DNA of 64,000 bases from positions 4,642-68,641 of the forward strand of contig CAVVGF010000076.1 in assembly GCA_963747705.1 (NCBI GenBank), in the 5' to 3' direction. How positions within the stretch are numbered: position 1 is the stretch's first letter; each line of letters begins with the position of its first letter. Source of the stretch: an uncultured Actinomycetes bacterium. Lineage in GTDB: Bacteria; Actinomycetota; Actinomycetes; Streptosporangiales; Streptosporangiaceae. Position numbers and translations under genes: made by a program. Of the stretch, positions 59,045 through 64,000 are shown piece after piece. The notes under the pieces were generated by a model. It saw nothing but the letters and a program-made list of their open reading frames with translations. It ran no database searches and was not told where the DNA came from.

Positions 59045-61373
59045 TCATTCATGTGGTGCGGTCTCGGTGGCGGGCGTCCAGGCCAGGGTGATTTGTACGG
59101 GTTTGGCGGCCGTCAGGTCGAGCTCCCAGGTACCCGGCCATAGCAGGCGGGTGGGCACGGTGGCCGTGCATTGCGCGTCTGCCGGGGCGGCCGGGCAGGT
59201 CAGCTCGATGGGCTGGCTGACCAGGCCGGTCAGTTCGGCCGCGGCGCTTCCCTCCCGCAGGTCCCAGGCCAGGTCGAGCCGGCCAGGGAGCAGCGTGCGG
59301 GCGCCGCGCAGCCGGCCAGCGGGCAGGAAGCCGGGCACCGCGGGCAGCAGCACCAGCCGGGCCTGCCGCCCGGGCCGGGCCGGCACCGAGTCGGCCAGCA
59401 ACTCGGTGAGCAGGCCGGGCAGCGCGCAGGCCGCGTCCGCGTTGTACACCTGCCGCCCCGGGTAATGGCTGCTCATCAGCGAGCGGAAGAAGAAGTCCTG
59501 GCCGGTCAGCCCGGCCAGCCGGGCGCCGGCCAGCCCGGGCTGGTGCAGCCGGGCGGCGGCCAGCGCCTGGTGCAGCCAGCCGTGGGCCGAACCGTTCTCC
59601 GCGCCGCGCAGCCGCAGCGCCTGCACCGCCGCGGCGGCCAGTTCCGGGGTGTCCGCCGGGGTGATCTCGTGCAGCGGCCAGACCGGGTACAGGTGGCTGA
59701 CGTGCCGGTGGTCGTAGCGGTCCGGCAGTGGCGGGCCACCCGGCGGCCAGGCCCATTCGGCCAGCGCCTGGTCCGGGTTGATCTGGTACGGCGGCAGCAG
59801 GCCGGCCAGCTCGCGCCAGTCCCGCGGCCGGCCGTCACCCGGTACGCAACGGTCCACCGCCAGCGCGGCTTCGGTCAGCGCGTGCCGGGCGGCGGCGATG
59901 TCCATGGTCGCGTTCACCGCCGCGGCGGTCCAGCCAGGCGGCCAGTTCTCCGGCGAGTACGACGGGGCGAACACCACCCGCCCGGCCGCATCGCGCACGG
60001 TCAGGAAGTCCTGGTAGAAGCGGGCCAGCTCGGTCAGTGCGGGCAGCACCGCGGTGCGCAGGAACTCGGCATCCCCGGTGGCATCGGCGTAGTCGAGCAG
60101 CGGGGCCAGCAGCCAGTCCGCCCCGGCCGTCCACATCTGGTGCGGCCATCCGGGGGCGAAGAGACGGAGCAGCCCGTCGGTCCCGTCGCCCTGAGCCGGG
60201 GCCAGGATGCCCTCGCAGCCGAAGATCCGCCGCGCGTTGACCCGCCAGTCATCGAGCTGGGCCGCGACCAGCCCGGCCAGCGCGTGCACCGCGGCAGGCA
60301 CGTCCGTGGTCACCGCCCCGGCCAGCTGCAGGTTGAGGTTGGCGTTGCCGCTCAGGCAGTTGCCCCAGGCCGCGTGCCAGTCGCCCTGCCACAGTCCGGT
60401 CAGCCGGGGCGGCAGCAGCCCGCTGGCCGCCAGCAGCAGGTACCGGCCGGAGTCGAACAGCTTCTCCAGCAGCGCGGGCAGCGGCCGGCCCGGGCTGGCC
60501 GCCTGCTCGGCCAGCAGCTCGCCCACCGGGCGGGCCCGGTCCGCCGGGCTGGCCCCAAGGTCCAGGCGGACCTGGCCGTAGGCGGCCCGGTGCAGATCGG
60601 TGTGCTCGGCCAGCAGGGTCTGGTAGTCCGCCGCCCCGGTCAGCCCCGGCCCGTTCACCTGGGTCAGCAGCAGCACCTCGGCCGCGCCGGTCACCCGCAC
60701 CGCGTCCGCCTCGGCGGTGCACCGGCCGCCTTCGCCGGCGATGACCCGGGTGGTGCCCGAATACCCTCCGGATTCCGGCGCCGGGTAGCCCACCTGCACG
60801 TCCAGCACCGCGCCGCGGCCGGCGGCCCGTACGCGCGGCCGGGCGCGGAGCCCGGCGGGCGCGCCCGGCAGCGCCGCCTCATGCCGCACCACCAGGTCCA
60901 GCCGCCCGGCCGTCACGTGCTGGACCACCACGTCCCGTGCCCGGGACACGAAGCAGGTGCGCCGCCCGGCCGCCCTGTCCGGCCCGGACCACCCCGCGGT
61001 GATCAGGCCGTCCGCGAAGTCCACCGCGCGCCGGTACCCGGTCACTGGGCCCAGGTCAGGCAGCGCCGACCGGACCGCGAACGCGGGGTGGAACGGCTGC
61101 GGCGGATGCTCCGGCCAGCCCGCGCAGAACCGGTCCAGCGCGGCCGCCGACTCCCCGGCCAGCAGCAGCGCCCGCACCTCGGCCAGCGCCGGCCAGCTCC
61201 GGTGGCGGCTGGCCCGCGGTGCCGTTCGGCTGGACCAGGCGGTGCTGCGTGACGATCACCGTCTCGTCCCGCGGCTGGCCGAAAGCCAGCGCACCGTGCC
61301 GGCCGTTGCCCGCGACGAACGCGTCCTCCCAGGCCGCGGCCGGCTGGCCGTCCCAGATGCCCGGCCCGCTCAC
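59045..61373 (-). CDS. GH95-like glycoside hydrolase (alpha-L-fucosidase family), apparent frameshift about 61190
   Basis: GTG 61373 makes a GTGA overlap with the GH74 stop. Motifs LWQGDWH..NANLNLQ and HRHVSHLYP. The frame join is ..PPELA / ALAEVRALLLAG... Confidence 0.7.
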
Positions 61374-63571
61374 CGCCTGCCGGCCGGGTCGCCGTACAGG
61401 ATGCCGCGCCCGTTCGTGCCCAGGTATACCCGGCCGAACACCCGCGGGTCGCCGGTGATGGTCTGCCCAATCCAGGCCCACTGCTGCGCGCCGGTGTTGA
61501 TCCGCAGCCAGCTTCCGGCCCCGTCGGTGGACCGGAAGATGCCCTGCACGCCGCCGACGATCCCGGCCAGGTAGATGGCCGGATATCCGGCTCCCGGCGC
61601 GGCCCGCCCGAAGCCCAGCGTGGCCACCGTGCCCACGCTGCTTACTTTGCTGAACGCCAGTGCCCCGTCGGTGGAGTGGTAGAGCGCGCCGTCGCCCGCG
61701 GTCAGCCACAGATCACCGGCCCGGCCGGGCACGGTGTGCAGTTGCGGGGCGCTGCTGGACTGCTCGGACCCGACGCCGCCGGGCAGCCCGGTGGCCGCGG
61801 CGGTGAACGTGGCCCCGCCGTCGGTGGACTTCAGCACCGTGCCGTCGGCCGGGTCGAACGCGTAGAACACCCCGGGCTGGACCGGGTCGGCCACCGGCAT
61901 CAGGCCCTGGGCCAGCCCGGTCACCGGCGTCCAGGTCTGCCCGCCGTCCGTGCTGTACGCCGGTGGTGCGTCCACCGGTGCCCAGACGATGCGCGACCCG
62001 TCGGCCGACACCGCCACCACGCCGGCCCCGGCCGAGCTGCCCGGCGGCAGCGTCATCGCGGTCCAGGACGCGCCGCCGTCGGTGGACCAGTCGCCGCCGG
62101 AGTAGCCGGCCTCGGCCACGTCCAGCGGGGCCGCGCCAGCCTCGCCGATGCTCTCGCCGCTGCCCAGGATGGGCTGGATCATCCCGGTGGATGGTGAGCT
62201 GGCCAGGCTGGTGTGGCAGAACCCGCCCAGGTCGCCGACCGCGGACAGCAGCGTGCACGGGCCGGTGGGCGGCGCGACCAGGTCGTTGACCGCGGTCTCC
62301 TCGATGCCCTCGGCGGCCGCCGAGGACCAGGTGGTGGGCTGGCCGTGATCGGCGGCGGTGACGTCATCCGAGCCGAACACGGTGGCCCCGGTGCCGAACA
62401 GCACATGGTTCGGGTTGAACGGGTCGATCGCGACCGATGCGATCCACCAGCCGAACTTGGGCGTGCCTCCCCAGGCCAGGAACGGCGACGCCGAGATGTC
62501 CAGCTTGGCGTTGGCGCCGATGTCTGCCCAGGTCGCCCCGCCGTCAGTTGACCGGTAGATGGTGTTGACCGGCGACCAGCGGTCGTTGGTGGCCACCATG
62601 ACCGTCCCAGGGTGCTCCGGGTCCACGGCCAGCCCGGCATAGCCGAAGGCCGGGTTGCCGTCCGCGCCCGGCACCTCCGGGGTGATGTTGGTCCACGTCC
62701 CGGTGCCCGTGCCGTACTTCCACACGCTGCCGTTGGTCATCCCGTTCGGCCCGGGCTGGTTGGCGTAGTCCACGTAGAGCGTGCCGTCGCTGGCCAGCAC
62801 CCCGTGCTGCGGCATCATCCCGGTGGGCTGGCCGGGCACCAGCTGCCAGCTGGCCCCGGCGTCGGTGCTCTCGTACAGGCCGGTGCCGCTGGCATCTCCG
62901 ACGAAGATGGTCCGGGTCGGCTGGCCGCGATGCCCACCCACGGCGTCGAACGTGACGAACGACAGGCCGATGTCGTCCGGCGTGCTGGTCACCGGGAAGC
63001 TGGCCACCTGCGCCCAGGTCACCCCGCCATCGGTGCTGCGCCACAGCCCGTTCGCGGGCGAGGCCAGGTACAGGATGCGGTCGTCGTCCGGGTCCACGGC
63101 CAGCCGTTCGCCCATATTCCGGCCGTCCTGGTTGGACGCGAGCTGGATCGGCAGGTCGGTGACCTGCCAGCTGCGGCCCTGGTCGTCCGACCGGAGGATC
63201 TCCCCGTCCAGCGGCACCGCCCAGGGCTGGGTGTACTCGCCAGCCGCCACCCAGACCCGCGCCGGGTTGACCGGGTCGGTGGCGATGGACTCCACCCCGA
63301 GCTCGTTCCAGTCATCGAAGCCGGTGGAGTCCATCAGCGGTACCCACCGCCGCGCGGCGGGGTCCCAGCGGTAGGCGCCGCCGATGTCGGTCCGGGCGTA
63401 GGCCAGCCCGGGCTCGGTGGGGTTGAACACGATGCCATCCACGAACCCGCCCCCGACGATCTGCACGTTCCGCCAGGTGTACGCCGTGGTTGTGGTGCTG
63501 GCAGCGCTGGCCGGTGCGGCCAGGCCGGCCAGCAGCAGGACGCTGGCCGCTAACGGGGCAACGATGCGCAT
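61370..63571 (-). CDS. Secreted GH74-type xyloglucanase (BNR/Asp-box repeat protein)
   Basis: 733 aa with a signal peptide. Repeated S.DGG.TW Asp-boxes and the N-terminal motif VQIVGGGFVDGIVFNP. Confidence 0.85.
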   Translation of the reverse strand: MRIVAPLAASVLLLAGLAAPASAASTTTTAYTWRNVQIVGGGFVDGIVFNPTEPGLAYARTDIGGAYRWDPAARRWVPLMDSTGFDDWNELGVESIATDPVNPARVWVAAGEYTQPWAVPLDGEILRSDDQGRSWQVTDLPIQLASNQDGRNMGERLAVDPDDDRILYLASPANGLWRSTDGGVTWAQVASFPVTSTPDDIGLSFVTFDAVGGHRGQPTRTIFVGDASGTGLYESTDAGASWQLVPGQPTGMMPQHGVLASDGTLYVDYANQPGPNGMTNGSVWKYGTGTGTWTNITPEVPGADGNPAFGYAGLAVDPEHPGTVMVATNDRWSPVNTIYRSTDGGATWADIGANAKLDISASPFLAWGGTPKFGWWIASVAIDPFNPNHVLFGTGATVFGSDDVTAADHGQPTTWSSAAAEGIEETAVNDLVAPPTGPCTLLSAVGDLGGFCHTSLASSPSTGMIQPILGSGESIGEAGAAPLDVAEAGYSGGDWSTDGGASWTAMTLPPGSSAGAGVVAVSADGSRIVWAPVDAPPAYSTDGGQTWTPVTGLAQGLMPVADPVQPGVFYAFDPADGTVLKSTDGGATFTAAATGLPGGVGSEQSSSAPQLHTVPGRAGDLWLTAGDGALYHSTDGALAFSKVSSVGTVATLGFGRAAPGAGYPAIYLAGIVGGVQGIFRSTDGAGSWLRINTGAQQWAWIGQTITGDPRVFGRVYLGTNGRGILYGDPAGRR

Positions 63572-63604
63572 CGGTCGGGGTCCTCTCCGGACGGGACGCG
63601 GTTG

Positions 63605-64000
63605 CTAGCCCTTGATCGCGCCGAGCAGCACGCCCTTGGTGAAGTGCTTCTGCACGAACGGGTAGGCGATCAGCACCGGGACGACGGTGAGCGCGACCAC
63701 CGCCATCTGCAGCGACAGCGGCGCGATCTGCTGGCTGCCGAGCACCGAGCCGATCCCGGTGGTGCCGCTGCCCGGCATGGTCATGCCCATCGTGACGTAG
63801 TCGTACATGACCATCTGCAACGGCCAGCGCACGCTGTCGGCCGGCATGAACAGCAGCACGTTGAACCAGGAGTTCCAGTAGCCCACGGCGTAGAACAGCG
63901 CGATCACCGCGGTGACCGCCTTGGACATGGGCAGCACGATGCGGCGCAGGATGGTCCAGTCGCTGGCCCCGTCGATCCGGGCGCTCTCGATCACGTCGCT
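63605..64000 (-). CDS. Carbohydrate ABC transporter permease (partial, 5' end beyond the window)
   Basis: C-terminal 130 aa with the EAA-region ESARIDGASDWTILRRIVLP and terminal TM helices. Confidence 0.8.
   Translation of the reverse strand, partial: SDVIESARIDGASDWTILRRIVLPMSKAVTAVIALFYAVGYWNSWFNVLLFMPADSVRWPLQMVMYDYVTMGMTMPGSGTTGIGSVLGSQQIAPLSLQMAVVALTVVPVLIAYPFVQKHFTKGVLLGAIKG

Noticed and set aside
58700-59052. ORFs 58709..58987, 58722..58994, 58729..59043 and 58741..59052 in the LacI/GH95 spacer
   Set aside because: They are mutually overlapping Pro/Ala/Arg-rich translations on both strands with no RBS or domain. The region is better explained as a regulatory spacer holding two operator palindromes.
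1-64000. Autonomous mobile elements, prophage or defence islands
   Set aside because: No transposase, integrase, recombinase, phage structural, restriction-modification, toxin-antitoxin or cas-like ORF could be recognised in any frame. Only non-autonomous repeat elements are present.

Overview
A high-GC (about 70%+) actinobacterial chromosomal segment with Streptomyces-like gene content: a WhiJ-type XRE/ATPase pair, DUF4232, an ECF41-type sigma factor and many LacI/TetR regulators. I found no rRNA, tRNA, CRISPR array, transposase or phage gene.

Main gene blocks:
- A nine-gene, overlap-coupled minus-strand operon (13467 to 4186): DUF917, hydantoinase-like protein, Opp-type ABC importer, TetR and a membrane protein. 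A PucR-type regulator lies opposite it.
- A translationally coupled GT4 / SGNH hydrolase / fatty-acid desaturase trio.
- A LacI-controlled isomerase/dehydrogenase sugar cluster.
- Starch/dextran enzymes: two GH15 genes and one GH13 alpha-amylase with shared starch-binding modules.
- A xyloglucan block: sugar ABC permease, GH74, GH95 and LacI.
- An ECF41 sigma factor with its epimerase partner.

Most interesting locus (36.2-42.1 kb): two consecutive ~2.6 kb units each encode a NarL-type histidine kinase plus a kinase-like but motif-less membrane partner. The partner has Glu where the phospho-His should be. Both units sit upstream of a single LuxR-type response regulator and an orphan secreted protein.

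Non-coding structure the genes do not explain:
- A 48-bp palindromic element family, with three full copies and one half copy. One copy carries a nested 214-bp MITE-like insertion with 17-bp terminal inverted repeats and a 10-bp direct duplication of the loop.
- An 8-copy 16-17 bp tandem array between two convergent genes.
- A G5/G8/G5/G5 quadruplex-type tract.
- Several clean regulator operator palindromes.
- Recurrent in-frame 15-bp and 30-bp tandem repeats.

About 30 reading-frame breaks and one TGG-to-TAG change interrupt otherwise recognisable genes. They are very unevenly distributed, with 12 frame breaks plus the stop in 44.6-49.4 kb and none in 4.2-13.5 kb. The sequence therefore mixes homopolymer indel errors, genuine pseudogenes, or both. 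Coordinates of disrupted genes are reconstructions.
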